A DNA stretch of 64,000 bases from Patescibacteria group bacterium (GCA_041665845.1 JBAYIC010000006.1:4892-68891); one strand, 5' to 3'. Counted from the stretch's first letter, positions 17,540 to 26,593 are shown. Made by a program: numbers and translations. Notes: generated from the letters alone by a model not told the origin.

Positions 17540-17610
17540 CTCGGGGATAGGGATTCGAACCCCAATAGCCAGGACCAAAACCTGGAGTCCTACCGTTAGA
17601 CGATCCCCGA
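17540..17610 (-). tRNA. tRNA-Gln (anticodon UUG)
   Basis: Hand-folded cloverleaf: acceptor TCGGGGA/TCCCCGA with the U1:A72 pair typical of tRNA-Gln, anticodon arm CCAGG-TTTTGGT-CCTGG, T-arm TGGGG-TTCGAAT-CCCTA, discriminator G. CCA is not encoded. Confidence 0.9.
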
Positions 17611-17687
17611 ATATAAATGAATATAGAGATATTATTAATAATTAGACAAAAAAAGTCAACTCTTTCTTGAATTATACATTAAAACCC

Positions 17688-18596
17688 CTAAATTTTAGCA
17701 TATCTGCTAACTGCGAATAAACTTGCGAAAATATTAATTACCAAAATAACTAAAAATTGAACACCAAAAACTGACCAGAAATTATTGACAAAGTAAGCTA
17801 GAATATTAACATTATATCCCATAAAGAAAACCTCTAAATAAGGCTGTAATAAAGTTAGGAATGGATAAAATATCACAACAATAATTAAGGTACTAAATAA
17901 CGTATAAATAAAAGCAGAAAAAACATAAGGTAAATAAATAAAAGCGTTGGAAGCACCAACAAGACGCATAATCTCTATTTCTTGACGATGGGTGTAAATC
18001 GCTACTCGGACAGTATTATAAACTACTAATAAGCTAGTTAAAATAAAAATAGCAATTATAAATAAACCAACCTCATTAACACGCTTGGTGATATTATTTA
18101 TTTTATTTAAAACTACAGCATTATTAGAAAAATCACGCGATTCAATTATCGGTTTATCAATCATCCGCAACTCATTGATTAATAAATTTGCCTCCGAAAA
18201 ATTATTAGGAATAATTGTCAGGCTCGGAGACAAAGGATTACGACCAAGTTCTTTCAGGGCCGCTAACACTTCTTGATTATTTTTATATTGCTCCCTAAAA
18301 TCTATTAAAGCTACTTCTTTAGAAACGTAAACAATATTTTTTACACGGCTCGATTTAGAGATCTCTGCTTTAAGGGCAAGAATCTCACTTTCCGGAGTTT
18401 CTGGTTTTATATAAAGACTGATATCAATTTTCTCTTGCACCGCCTTAGCGGCGCTATCACTTATTACTCTAACGGTCATCAAAGTATTAATCGAAAAAAG
18501 CGCAAGTAATAAAATAGTAATAGTTGCAACCGAAAGCCAAACATTACGAACAATGTCTTGGAAACTAAATTTTATTATTCTATATAAAGATAACAT
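17688..18596 (-). CDS. ftsX: cell division ABC transporter permease-like protein FtsX
   Basis: 302 aa. N-terminal FSFQDIVRNVWLSVATI, a large extracytoplasmic loop and three C-terminal TMs. Immediately downstream of ftsE. Confidence 0.85.
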   Translation of the reverse strand: MLSLYRIIKFSFQDIVRNVWLSVATITILLLALFSINTLMTVRVISDSAAKAVQEKIDISLYIKPETPESEILALKAEISKSSRVKNIVYVSKEVALIDFREQYKNNQEVLAALKELGRNPLSPSLTIIPNNFSEANLLINELRMIDKPIIESRDFSNNAVVLNKINNITKRVNEVGLFIIAIFILTSLLVVYNTVRVAIYTHRQEIEIMRLVGASNAFIYLPYVFSAFIYTLFSTLIIVVIFYPFLTLLQPYLEVFFMGYNVNILAYFVNNFWSVFGVQFLVILVINIFASLFAVSRYAKI

Positions 18597-18612
18597 CTTT
18601 TTTATATTTTAA

Positions 18613-19293
18613 TTATAATAAATATTTTCCGTTTTCTTGATCACTTATTATTTTTCCATGTTCCATAGTTATCACTCGATGATTCAAATGATTAACAATT
18701 TCTTTGTTGTGAGTAACTAAAATTACCGTTGTTCCAAATTTATTAATTCTTAAAAGTAAATCAATAATTTCATTAGCATTGATTGCATCCAGGTTACCGG
18801 TCGGTTCGTCGGCTAATAATATTTTTGGTTGATGAACAAGCGCTCGAGCAATTGCCGCTCGTTGTTTCTCTCCACCTGAAACTTCATCTGGATAACGTTT
18901 TTTCTTATCTTCAAGGCCGACTATTCTCATAACGCTAGGGACTATTTTACTGATCTTGGCCTGGCTACCGCCAGAAACCTCTAAAGCAAAGGCGACATTT
19001 TCCGCCAAAGTTTTTTTCGGTAAAAGTTTAAAGTCTTGAAAAATAACTCCCATTTGTCTTCTTAAAAACGGAATTTCATGACCGGAAATTTTTGTAATAT
19101 CCCAATCACCAACAATTACTTGGCCACTATCTAAACGTTCTTCGCCGATTAAAACTTTAACTAGCGTTGTTTTTCCAGCGCCAGATTGGCCGACAATCGA
19201 AACAAATTCGCCAGCCTTAATATTTAAGTCGACTTTATTTAAAACTTTAACCTTATTACTATAGGTTTTAGAAGCGTTTTTAATAGTAATCAT
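18613..19293 (-). CDS. ftsE: cell division ATP-binding protein FtsE
   Basis: Walker A GQSGAGKTT, signature SGGEKQR, Walker B LLADEPTGNLD. Confidence 0.9.
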   Translation of the reverse strand: MITIKNASKTYSNKVKVLNKVDLNIKAGEFVSIVGQSGAGKTTLVKVLIGEERLDSGQVIVGDWDITKISGHEIPFLRRQMGVIFQDFKLLPKKTLAENVAFALEVSGGSQAKISKIVPSVMRIVGLEDKKKRYPDEVSGGEKQRAAIARALVHQPKILLADEPTGNLDAINANEIIDLLLRINKFGTTVILVTHNKEIVNHLNHRVITMEHGKIISDQENGKYLL

Positions 19294-19299
19294 AATAAA

Positions 19300-20796
19300 T
19301 TATTTTTGTGTTTTTATCATTCGCAGTCCATAGCGAATTAATTGCTCATTATCCCAAAAACTTTCCGTCTTTCCTTTTGAACCAAAATTAACAACAATCA
19401 TATTCCCTTGAGAAGTTTTAACTCTAGTTATTAAACAATGTCCGGCTTCATCGAGATATCCGGTCTTAGAACCAATAATAGGATAGGTGGAATTTTTTAA
19501 TAACTGATTAGTATTAGTTAACGTGTGGGCTTTTTTGGTATTGATAGTCTTAAAAGAATAAGTTTTAGTCGTACTAATTTTTTGGATTACCGGATTTTGA
19601 AATATCTCTTTTACTATTATAGCATAATCGTAAGGAGAACTCACATTATCGGGCGAGAGTCCGGTCGGTTCAATAAATTTTGTATTTTTAGCGCCCCAAT
19701 TTTTAACGTTAGCATTCATCGCCGCAATAAAATCTTCGCGTTTTAAACCGCTTACTCTAACTAAAGATTCAACCGCGTTATTAGCCGAGCCAACCAAGGC
19801 GCTGTAGACTAAATTTTCAATTGTCATAGTTTCACCATCAGCAACTCTCAAACGTGCCGATTCCCAAGGTTTACAATATTTATAATTATAATTCTCATCT
19901 TGTTTATTATAACTAACTATTTTTGATAAAGTCGGTCGAGTATCAAAAAAAGTACGCATGGCTACTAACTTAGTTAGACTAGCTAAAGGAGATATTTTGT
20001 TTTCATCTTTTCCCCAAATCATTTTGCCATTTCCCTCCATCATAATAACAGCTGATGAGGCGGTGATATTAGGGATATCAGATAATTGAGCAATTTTTTG
20101 TTGAATGCTAGGCGTAACGACTTTAAGCGTTTCAATTCTTACCGAAACTATACCGTCTCCAGTCGAGGCTATTTTTTGAAAAGCAACTTTATCTAAATCA
20201 ACTACCCGAGTTGGGTGTTTAGCACGTTCCGGCCCAAAATCATTAACGGTAACATCAACAAATTTCCCGTTAGTTAAATTATAAACTCTTAAGATCGTCC
20301 CTTTAGCAAAATCTGGCGAAGCGGCAAAAAGTCCATTCTTATATTTATACCAACTGGCATCGCCAACAGTTAAAACGTCCGGGTTAGATAAAACGATTAA
20401 GCGTCCGGAAACTGAATCGGTTTTTGCGGTTACATATTGTTCCCCCGGAAAATCTGTAGTTAAAATCGGCCGCCAAACTTTAGCCGCCATGTCATATGAA
20501 AAAATCTGTTTAAGTTTATTATTTTTATTAGGATAATAAATTTTTATATTTATCGGCCTACTCGGATCATAAAAACCAGAACTCACGAGAGAATAGTCAT
20601 AAGCAGGGGTAAGCGCTTCCCATTCCCAAGGAATATTTAAGCTGTCTTTATTTTCAGAAATATTTAATTTAACGGCGGCGGTAAAAGTTTGCGGCTGATA
20701 ATTTATTTCTAAAGAAGCGTCTCTTGCTAAGACGGAACCAGGTATTATAAATACAAGTACCGCTAACCAAACTAAAACTTTTTTATTTTTTATCAT
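19300..20796 (-). CDS. secreted RlpA-like DPBB domain / D-alanyl-D-alanine carboxypeptidase (S11) fusion protein
   Basis: Signal peptide. DPBB segment: ASWYKYKNGLFAASP...ILRVYNLTNGKFVDVTVNDFGPE...RVVDLD. Penicillin-binding motifs: SLTK (SxxK), SAN (SxN), KTG. Confidence 0.8.
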   Translation of the reverse strand: MIKNKKVLVWLAVLVFIIPGSVLARDASLEINYQPQTFTAAVKLNISENKDSLNIPWEWEALTPAYDYSLVSSGFYDPSRPINIKIYYPNKNNKLKQIFSYDMAAKVWRPILTTDFPGEQYVTAKTDSVSGRLIVLSNPDVLTVGDASWYKYKNGLFAASPDFAKGTILRVYNLTNGKFVDVTVNDFGPERAKHPTRVVDLDKVAFQKIASTGDGIVSVRIETLKVVTPSIQQKIAQLSDIPNITASSAVIMMEGNGKMIWGKDENKISPLASLTKLVAMRTFFDTRPTLSKIVSYNKQDENYNYKYCKPWESARLRVADGETMTIENLVYSALVGSANNAVESLVRVSGLKREDFIAAMNANVKNWGAKNTKFIEPTGLSPDNVSSPYDYAIIVKEIFQNPVIQKISTTKTYSFKTINTKKAHTLTNTNQLLKNSTYPIIGSKTGYLDEAGHCLITRVKTSQGNMIVVNFGSKGKTESFWDNEQLIRYGLRMIKTQK

Positions 20797-20809
20797 AAAT
20801 AATATCTGA

Positions 20810-20839
20810 TTGACTAAAAATCTCTTTTAAGATTATAAT
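20810..20839 (+). promoter_or_regulatory. sigma70-type promoter for the tRNA-Gly/tRNA-Thr pair
   Basis: TTGACT (20810-20815), 18-nt spacer, TATAAT (20834-20839). The tRNA starts 13 nt downstream. Confidence 0.6.
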
Positions 20840-20851
20840 GAATTTACTTGC

Positions 20852-20923
20852 GCGGGTGTTGTATAATGGTTATTACGTCAGCTTCCCAAGCTGAAGAAGG
20901 CGGTTCGATTCCGCTCACCCGCT
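20852..20923 (+). tRNA. tRNA-Gly (anticodon CCC)
   Basis: Acceptor GCGGGTG/CACCCGC, anticodon arm TCAGC-TTCCCAA-GCTGA, T-arm GGCGG-TTCGATT-CCGCT. Confidence 0.9.
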
Positions 20924-20930
20924 CTAATAG

Positions 20931-21006
20931 GCCGAGATAGCTCAGCTGGTAGAGCGACGGTATCGTAAACCGTAGGTCGTGGGTTCGATCCCCATTCTCG
21001 GCTCCA
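20931..21006 (+). tRNA. tRNA-Thr (anticodon CGU), CCA encoded
   Basis: Acceptor GCCGAGA/TCTCGGC, D-arm GCTC-AGCTGGT-AGAGC, anticodon arm ACGGT-ATCGTAA-ACCGT, T-arm GTGGG-TTCGATC-CCCAT, then T-CCA. Confidence 0.9.
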
Positions 21007-21027
21007 AAAATTATTAATCGCTAAATA

Positions 21028-21462
21028 TTAGCGACTAAAAAAATAATCAAACCATTTTTTAAGATTACTCTTGGTCGCTTGCTCTTTCTGAAGTTCGTCC
21101 TGTTTTTTTTCATCTTCTCCTTTTTCAATAACGACGACTGTTTCGCCCGGCTTTTTTAAATTCAAATTAATTCGAGCCTGAGCCTCCAAAGATTGGTCAG
21201 ATTTGAGATAATTAAGCATCTCTTTTAATTCTTGATTATCTTTTTCAAATTGAGCAATTTCTTTTTGGACGTCGGTAATTTCTTTTTCGACCAAACGTCT
21301 TTGGCTATATGTTTTGGCGAGGGGCAAAACAATAACAAATAACAAAACTAAACCAATAATCGCTAGAAAGCGCTGGTTAGAAACTAATTTATAAAAAGAG
21401 TTATATTGATGATCTGTTTGGCCGTTACTAAAACCACGCGGCCTTATTTTGTTGTTTGCCAT
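21028..21462 (-). CDS. septum formation initiator family protein (FtsB/DivIC-like)
   Basis: 144 aa with a single TM, then a coiled coil and ..SLEAQARINLNLKKPGETVVVI, as in DivIC/FtsB proteins. Confidence 0.6.
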   Translation of the reverse strand: MANNKIRPRGFSNGQTDHQYNSFYKLVSNQRFLAIIGLVLLFVIVLPLAKTYSQRRLVEKEITDVQKEIAQFEKDNQELKEMLNYLKSDQSLEAQARINLNLKKPGETVVVIEKGEDEKKQDELQKEQATKSNLKKWFDYFFSR

Positions 21463-21505
21463 GTATCTTATTATAACATAGCTAAACCGGAATCGCCAAA
21501 GAGAT

Positions 21506-23104
21506 TTAATTTCTCGATTTTGGCGTTACCCAAAAGCCCATATACTTACCAAACATGAGTCTTATTTGTGCCTCTAAACAAGGAACTGCACCAAAAACAA
21601 CAATTACAAACGGGATCAGAAACCACTCTAAAATCATTTTAATATTTTTCCAAATCGAATATTGAGCTGGACGTTTTGGTAAAAGCAAGGAAGAAACTAT
21701 AGCCGATAAAATCAAGCCGACCATAGCAAAATTCATTAAATTCTGCGTGATCATCGGTAAGTTGCCTGATAAAACCGTTGAATTAAAACGATCACCACCA
21801 AGAAGCATCGGCATCCAACCAACAACGGCAATAATTAAAGCATTTGTCGCCCAAGCATGAAAACCATATATTTGAATGACAATATGGCTAATTATCATGC
21901 CCTTATCTAAATCTTTATTTTTCCAACGCTTCATCGCATTGAAAATAAGATAAGGAATATTCTCTCCTCCCCAAGCCCAACGACGTTGTTGCTTATAAAG
22001 ACTGCGGATAGTAAGCGGTAAAGTTTGATCACAAGTTACATCCATCGAAACATCGAAATAAATCGGTTCCACTCGGTAATGACCATTATAATACATGAGG
22101 CAATGCCAAAATATTCTTGAGTCTTCACTAACATTTCTAGGCGACCAAAAACCAATTTCATTCAAAGCAATAAAAGTCATGGAGTGAGAAGAGTAGGTTA
22201 CTAGACTTTCCTCTCTAACCTGCATGATCATTTGCCAAAAAGTGTTTGAGGAAGCGGCGACTCGAGAAAAAAATGGCGCACTCCAAACATTATTATGATA
22301 AACCGGAATCGGCTGATAGGAAGCATGATATGGATCGGAAACTGATAAAAATTTATAAGTAAGGGCAAAAAAATAACCGGGTCGAACAATAGTATCAATA
22401 TCAAAAACGCTAACTAATATTTTATTATAATCAAACCCTTCTTTATCCAACAAACTTTCCTTTAATTTTTTAACGCACCAAGCTTGATTTGAACCCTTAC
22501 CTATTATTTCTCCTTCTAATCCGTTAGGATGAAAAACAATTTCTAGCCGTCCAAATTTACCAGCAAATTCTTGACGAATTATATCTGCTTTTTCCGGGCC
22601 GCTCTTACCTATTCGTTCTTCAATAGTTAAAGCGATTATCATTCTATCCGTTGGAAAGCCGTCTTTCTCAAGAGCTACTAAACAAGAACGAATTATTTCA
22701 ACGCTTTCACCGACAACCGGTAAAACTATTAAATGCCAAACCTCATTCCAAGCTAATCCTTTTTTAGCTAAGGAATCCGGGGCGACAGTTTTGGTATCAA
22801 ATATACCTGCCTCTAAATTTTCACACTTCAAACGCCAATCAGTTTTTAAACCTTTTTTCAGCAATTTATAGGAAGTAATCAAAAAAATGGCCATATAAAT
22901 GACCAAAAGTAGCCAATAAACATCAAAAGCAATAATAAAATAAGCAACAAATACTGGTTTAAAATAAGAAAAAACTACTAAAAGAACCAGAGTCGCAATC
23001 GATAAAAACCCTGGTAAAATCTCTAATATTCGATAAATTTTGTAATCTCGACCACTTAAATCCGTCGCTTTACCAATTCTTAAATAATCAACTGTTTTTT
23101 CCAT
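21506..23104 (-). CDS. membrane-embedded processive family-2 glycosyltransferase (chitin/hyaluronan/NodC-synthase-like)
   Basis: N- and C-terminal TM bundles. Motifs: FDID (DxD), SEDSR, QQRRWAWG (QxxRW). Confidence 0.8.
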   Translation of the reverse strand: MEKTVDYLRIGKATDLSGRDYKIYRILEILPGFLSIATLVLLVVFSYFKPVFVAYFIIAFDVYWLLLVIYMAIFLITSYKLLKKGLKTDWRLKCENLEAGIFDTKTVAPDSLAKKGLAWNEVWHLIVLPVVGESVEIIRSCLVALEKDGFPTDRMIIALTIEERIGKSGPEKADIIRQEFAGKFGRLEIVFHPNGLEGEIIGKGSNQAWCVKKLKESLLDKEGFDYNKILVSVFDIDTIVRPGYFFALTYKFLSVSDPYHASYQPIPVYHNNVWSAPFFSRVAASSNTFWQMIMQVREESLVTYSSHSMTFIALNEIGFWSPRNVSEDSRIFWHCLMYYNGHYRVEPIYFDVSMDVTCDQTLPLTIRSLYKQQRRWAWGGENIPYLIFNAMKRWKNKDLDKGMIISHIVIQIYGFHAWATNALIIAVVGWMPMLLGGDRFNSTVLSGNLPMITQNLMNFAMVGLILSAIVSSLLLPKRPAQYSIWKNIKMILEWFLIPFVIVVFGAVPCLEAQIRLMFGKYMGFWVTPKSRN

Positions 23105-23138
23105 ATTTAGTCTTCGATTTAACCTCTTTTATAATTGT

Positions 23139-23711
23139 TTAAATAAGGTTCTTTCTTTTTAACTCAAAAAAGCATTCTGCACAAGCCTTGACATCAATCC
23201 CGGCGTCATGAGCTTCAGGGAAATTAGTATTAAATAAAAATTTATATAGCTCAGTTAAGTTGGGCCATTTATAACCACCGCGCCCGTTAGGGATACGGCA
23301 AACAGCGGACGTTTTTTTCATCGTACAAATTTTATTAGCCGGAGCAACGTGATCAGTCATTTTTAATCGCAAAAATTCGGCTCCCACTATTTTTTCATCG
23401 AAATCTATATTATGAGCGACTAAATAAGTCGATTTTTGGACATCATCAGCAAAATGATTAAGCGCTTCTTTTAAACTTACCCCTTCTTCTTCGGCGCGGG
23501 CCTGAGTAATGCGATGGATCTTGGCGACTTCGGGAGATATTATAAAACCATCAGGTTTGATAATGTAACTATGGCTTTCCCAATGATTACCGGAAAAATC
23601 ATAAAGGCTCCAAGCGATTTGGACTATTCTTGGCCAATTAGAAAAATCATCAAGCGGCGCTTGATAATTTTTTGGTAAGCCGGTTGTTTCTGTATCAAAA
23701 AATAAATACAT
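23139..23711 (-). CDS. DEDDh 3'-5' exonuclease (DnaQ/epsilon-like)
   Basis: ExoI FFDTETTG, ExoII AHNIDFD, ExoIII HDAGIDV. Confidence 0.8.
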   Translation of the reverse strand: MYLFFDTETTGLPKNYQAPLDDFSNWPRIVQIAWSLYDFSGNHWESHSYIIKPDGFIISPEVAKIHRITQARAEEEGVSLKEALNHFADDVQKSTYLVAHNIDFDEKIVGAEFLRLKMTDHVAPANKICTMKKTSAVCRIPNGRGGYKWPNLTELYKFLFNTNFPEAHDAGIDVKACAECFFELKRKNLI

Positions 23712-23715
23712 GAAA

Positions 23716-25629
23716 TTAGGTAATTATAATATTTTCACCTTCAGATAGACTTTGTTCTTTATTATTTTGTTCTGTATTATTAAAATTTACTGGACTAGAC
23801 TGATCATCTCGTTCATTATCTTCATCATCTTCATTATGTACAACTGGATGATTATTTACTTTCATAGTTCTTCCCTTAAAATCAACTGGAGCAATTTTAT
23901 TTAAATCACCTAGAGACAATACTTTTTCTGGCTCTGACTTAGGAAGTTCTTCAACTTCAATTAATTTTCTATTTTCCATTTCCTTCGCTTGTTTTCTTGC
24001 TTCTGTTTCTAGACGTTTTTCTTCTTTCTTTCTTGTTAAACAATCCTTACAATACACCGGACGAATTCCATCAGGAGCAAAAGGCGTTTTAGTATGATTA
24101 CCGCAATCAGCGCAAATTGCTTCATAACCCGGTTTTTCAGAAATTACCGCCGGAGTCGTCGTAACCTGAGGCCTTATTACCTGAGGCCTAACTACTTGCG
24201 GGCTTGATTTCATTACTTGATATTTTTGATCTTGATTTTGATTAAAGGTAGGTCGACTGATTATTGTAGATTGATTAGTTACTGCCGGGGATTGGCTAGG
24301 AACTCTAAGCGGAAATTTAGATTCTGGTTTAGGGCTAGGCTTATCATCTTCACCATAACTTTCATGCCAACGCATAATCTTTTCTTCAACGATTTCTCTC
24401 CCGGTTGCGTAATTTTCCCGTGAATAATTGATTACTTTCTCAGTATTATTAGTTCTCTCTTCCACCTTTAAAGGTGGAAGACCAATCGCTGAAAAAGGCG
24501 AAGAGGCAATCCCATCTATCATTAACTTCAAATACATCTCATACTTCGGTAAATTAACAATATCTTCTTCCGTAAATGTTGGAGTAAATTCTTTAACTAA
24601 TTCTTCAGCATCAGCCGCTCCCACTCGAAAAACAACTAAAGTTCCCACATTACCAAAAACCGCTGGCTTTACTTTCTCACTCAATTGTTCAATATATTGA
24701 TGAGCAAGAATTAAATTAAGGCGATATTTTCTTGCTTCCGATAAAATATTAGCGAAACTATCAGTCGAAAAGTTTTGAAATTCATCAATATAAAGATAAA
24801 AATCACGACGCATTTTTTCTGGAACATCAACTCGACTCATGGCCGCTAATTGAATCTTGGTAATCATCATCGCGCCTAGAAGAGCGGAATTATCCTCACC
24901 AATTCGACCCTTAGAAAGATTCATAATCAGAATCTTGCCATTATCCATAATATCACGGATATCAATCGCTGATTTTACTTGGCCAATAACATTTCTCATT
25001 AAAGAACTAGATAAAAATTGACCAACTTTATTTTGAATTGGAGAAACTGCTTCTGAAGCAAATTTATCAGCATAACTAGAAAATTCTTTTTCCCAAAAAG
25101 CTTTAACAACCGGATCTTTAATATTAGCAACTACTTTTTTACGATAACTTTTATCGGAAAGCATGCGGACAACGCCCAATAATGTTGAACCGGGAAAGTC
25201 CAAAATCGCTAAAACGGCATTTCTTAAAATATATTCCAAACGTGGCCCCCAAGAATCAGCCCATAGTTTTTGAAAAACCCCAATCAAGCCAGAAGCGACT
25301 AGATGGCGTAAATGCGGTTCAACCTGTTCAACAACATTAAAAGCAATCGGGAAATTAATATCAGAAGGATTAAAATAAACAACATCGTTAACACGATTAT
25401 CCGGAATATATTCGATGATCTTTTCTGCTAAATCGCCATGAGGATCAACTACCGCGACCCCATAACCAGCTTTAATATCATCGATAATCATGTTTTCCAA
25501 AACCGTAGACTTCCCCATACCAGTTTTCCCAATCAAATACATATGACGGCGGCGGTCGTCCGTTTTAATACCGAATTTTTTCAATTCGTTGCGATAATTT
25601 GTTTGAGCAAAAACTGCTATATTATCCAT
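23716..25629 (-). CDS. TraD/VirD4/TrwB-like P-loop ATPase with C-terminal CxxC-x17-CxxC zinc ribbon
   Basis: Walker A GKTGMGKST, DPHGD, Walker B YIDEFQNF, ARKYRLNLILAHQYIEQL. No N-terminal TM. C-terminal CADC-(17 aa)-CKDC. PQVVRPQVIRPQV tandem tripeptide-rich linker. Confidence 0.75.
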   Translation of the reverse strand: MDNIAVFAQTNYRNELKKFGIKTDDRRRHMYLIGKTGMGKSTVLENMIIDDIKAGYGVAVVDPHGDLAEKIIEYIPDNRVNDVVYFNPSDINFPIAFNVVEQVEPHLRHLVASGLIGVFQKLWADSWGPRLEYILRNAVLAILDFPGSTLLGVVRMLSDKSYRKKVVANIKDPVVKAFWEKEFSSYADKFASEAVSPIQNKVGQFLSSSLMRNVIGQVKSAIDIRDIMDNGKILIMNLSKGRIGEDNSALLGAMMITKIQLAAMSRVDVPEKMRRDFYLYIDEFQNFSTDSFANILSEARKYRLNLILAHQYIEQLSEKVKPAVFGNVGTLVVFRVGAADAEELVKEFTPTFTEEDIVNLPKYEMYLKLMIDGIASSPFSAIGLPPLKVEERTNNTEKVINYSRENYATGREIVEEKIMRWHESYGEDDKPSPKPESKFPLRVPSQSPAVTNQSTIISRPTFNQNQDQKYQVMKSSPQVVRPQVIRPQVTTTPAVISEKPGYEAICADCGNHTKTPFAPDGIRPVYCKDCLTRKKEEKRLETEARKQAKEMENRKLIEVEELPKSEPEKVLSLGDLNKIAPVDFKGRTMKVNNHPVVHNEDDEDNERDDQSSPVNFNNTEQNNKEQSLSEGENIIIT

Positions 25630-25843
25630 AAATCTTTAACAAATAATCAGTTATACTACGCCAAGAAATAAAGCCTAAGACGATAACCGAAAGAAGAATA
25701 ATAATTTTAAGGAAACTATAAGAAGACTGCCAAAAAAAATAATTTCTAACAAATTTAACTGATTTTAAAATCTCTTTATTAGTTGCTTCATTTAATTCTA
25801 GGTGTTTTACTATTTCGTTTAGTTTTTCTTCGCTGCTTTCCAT
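25622..25843 (-). CDS. small membrane protein
   Basis: 73 aa with one TM (IIILLSVIVLGFISW). Its stop overlaps the downstream ATPase start by 8 nt. Confidence 0.4.
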   Translation of the reverse strand: MESSEEKLNEIVKHLELNEATNKEILKSVKFVRNYFFWQSSYSFLKIIILLSVIVLGFISWRSITDYLLKIYG

Positions 25844-25857
25844 ATATATAATTTTAA

Positions 25858-26583
25858 TTAAACTCTTACTTCGCAGACTCCAGCAGTTTCACGACCAGAA
25901 ACGGCAAATTCTTTCATCTCCTTATCAGAATAAGCCTCTTTTCCGCGATAATTTGTATTCACCAAATCGGTATCTGATTTAAATTTCTGAAGATACCAAT
26001 TATTTGCCCCTTTAATTATTGTTCCCATCGTCTTGAAATCTTCCTTCACCAAAAGGCCGGGGACAACAGTCGTTCTGAATTCATGAGGGAGATCACTCTT
26101 GATTATCATTTTAACACTTTTTTTCAAATCATTACAGACAACCTTGGCGCTAACGGTATTTTCATATTTATCAAACGGCGCTTTTAAATCCATAGCGATA
26201 TAATCTATTAATTTACTATCAATCAATCCTTTAAGCATCTTGGGATTCGTACCATTGGTATCTAGCTTTACATCATAACCAATCTTTTTTATTTTACCAA
26301 TAAAAGAAGGCAGGTCGGGATGCAAAGTCGGCTCCCCACCGGTAATCACTACGCCGTCTAAACGGCCATATCTTTCCTTCAAAAAAAGAAAAAGGTCTTC
26401 AGTGGAAAGCGGAGAAAAACCTTTTTCTTTTTTATATTTTTCATCCTCTCCTTCACGGGACAGGACAAGCTTGGGGTTATAGCAAAAGTGGCATCGGAAG
26501 TTACAACCTTGAGTGAAGATAATGGCTGCTAGATGACCGGGGTAGTCTAAAATGGATAATTTCTCCAAACCACCGATAATCAT
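25858..26583 (-). CDS. nrdG: anaerobic ribonucleoside-triphosphate reductase activating protein (radical SAM)
   Basis: CNFRCHFCYNP (CxxxCxxC) and GGEPTL. Adjacent to nrdD. Confidence 0.9.
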   Translation of the reverse strand: MIIGGLEKLSILDYPGHLAAIIFTQGCNFRCHFCYNPKLVLSREGEDEKYKKEKGFSPLSTEDLFLFLKERYGRLDGVVITGGEPTLHPDLPSFIGKIKKIGYDVKLDTNGTNPKMLKGLIDSKLIDYIAMDLKAPFDKYENTVSAKVVCNDLKKSVKMIIKSDLPHEFRTTVVPGLLVKEDFKTMGTIIKGANNWYLQKFKSDTDLVNTNYRGKEAYSDKEMKEFAVSGRETAGVCEVRV

Positions 26584-26593
26584 AAGGCTATTA

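Noticed and set aside
17302-17645. Plus-strand ORFs 17302-17520, 17319-17645 and 17405-17599 from the track
   Set aside because: They run through the tRNA-Gln gene, its terminator and the repeat/GC-rich element. Their open frames are explained by the locally high GC, and no protein motif is present.
24150-24200. Short tandem DNA repeat (acctgaggcct..) encoding PQVVRPQVIRPQV in the ATPase linker
   Set aside because: It has only about three imperfect 15-nt units inside a low-complexity linker, so it is unlikely to be functional as DNA. It is noted within the ATPase feature instead.
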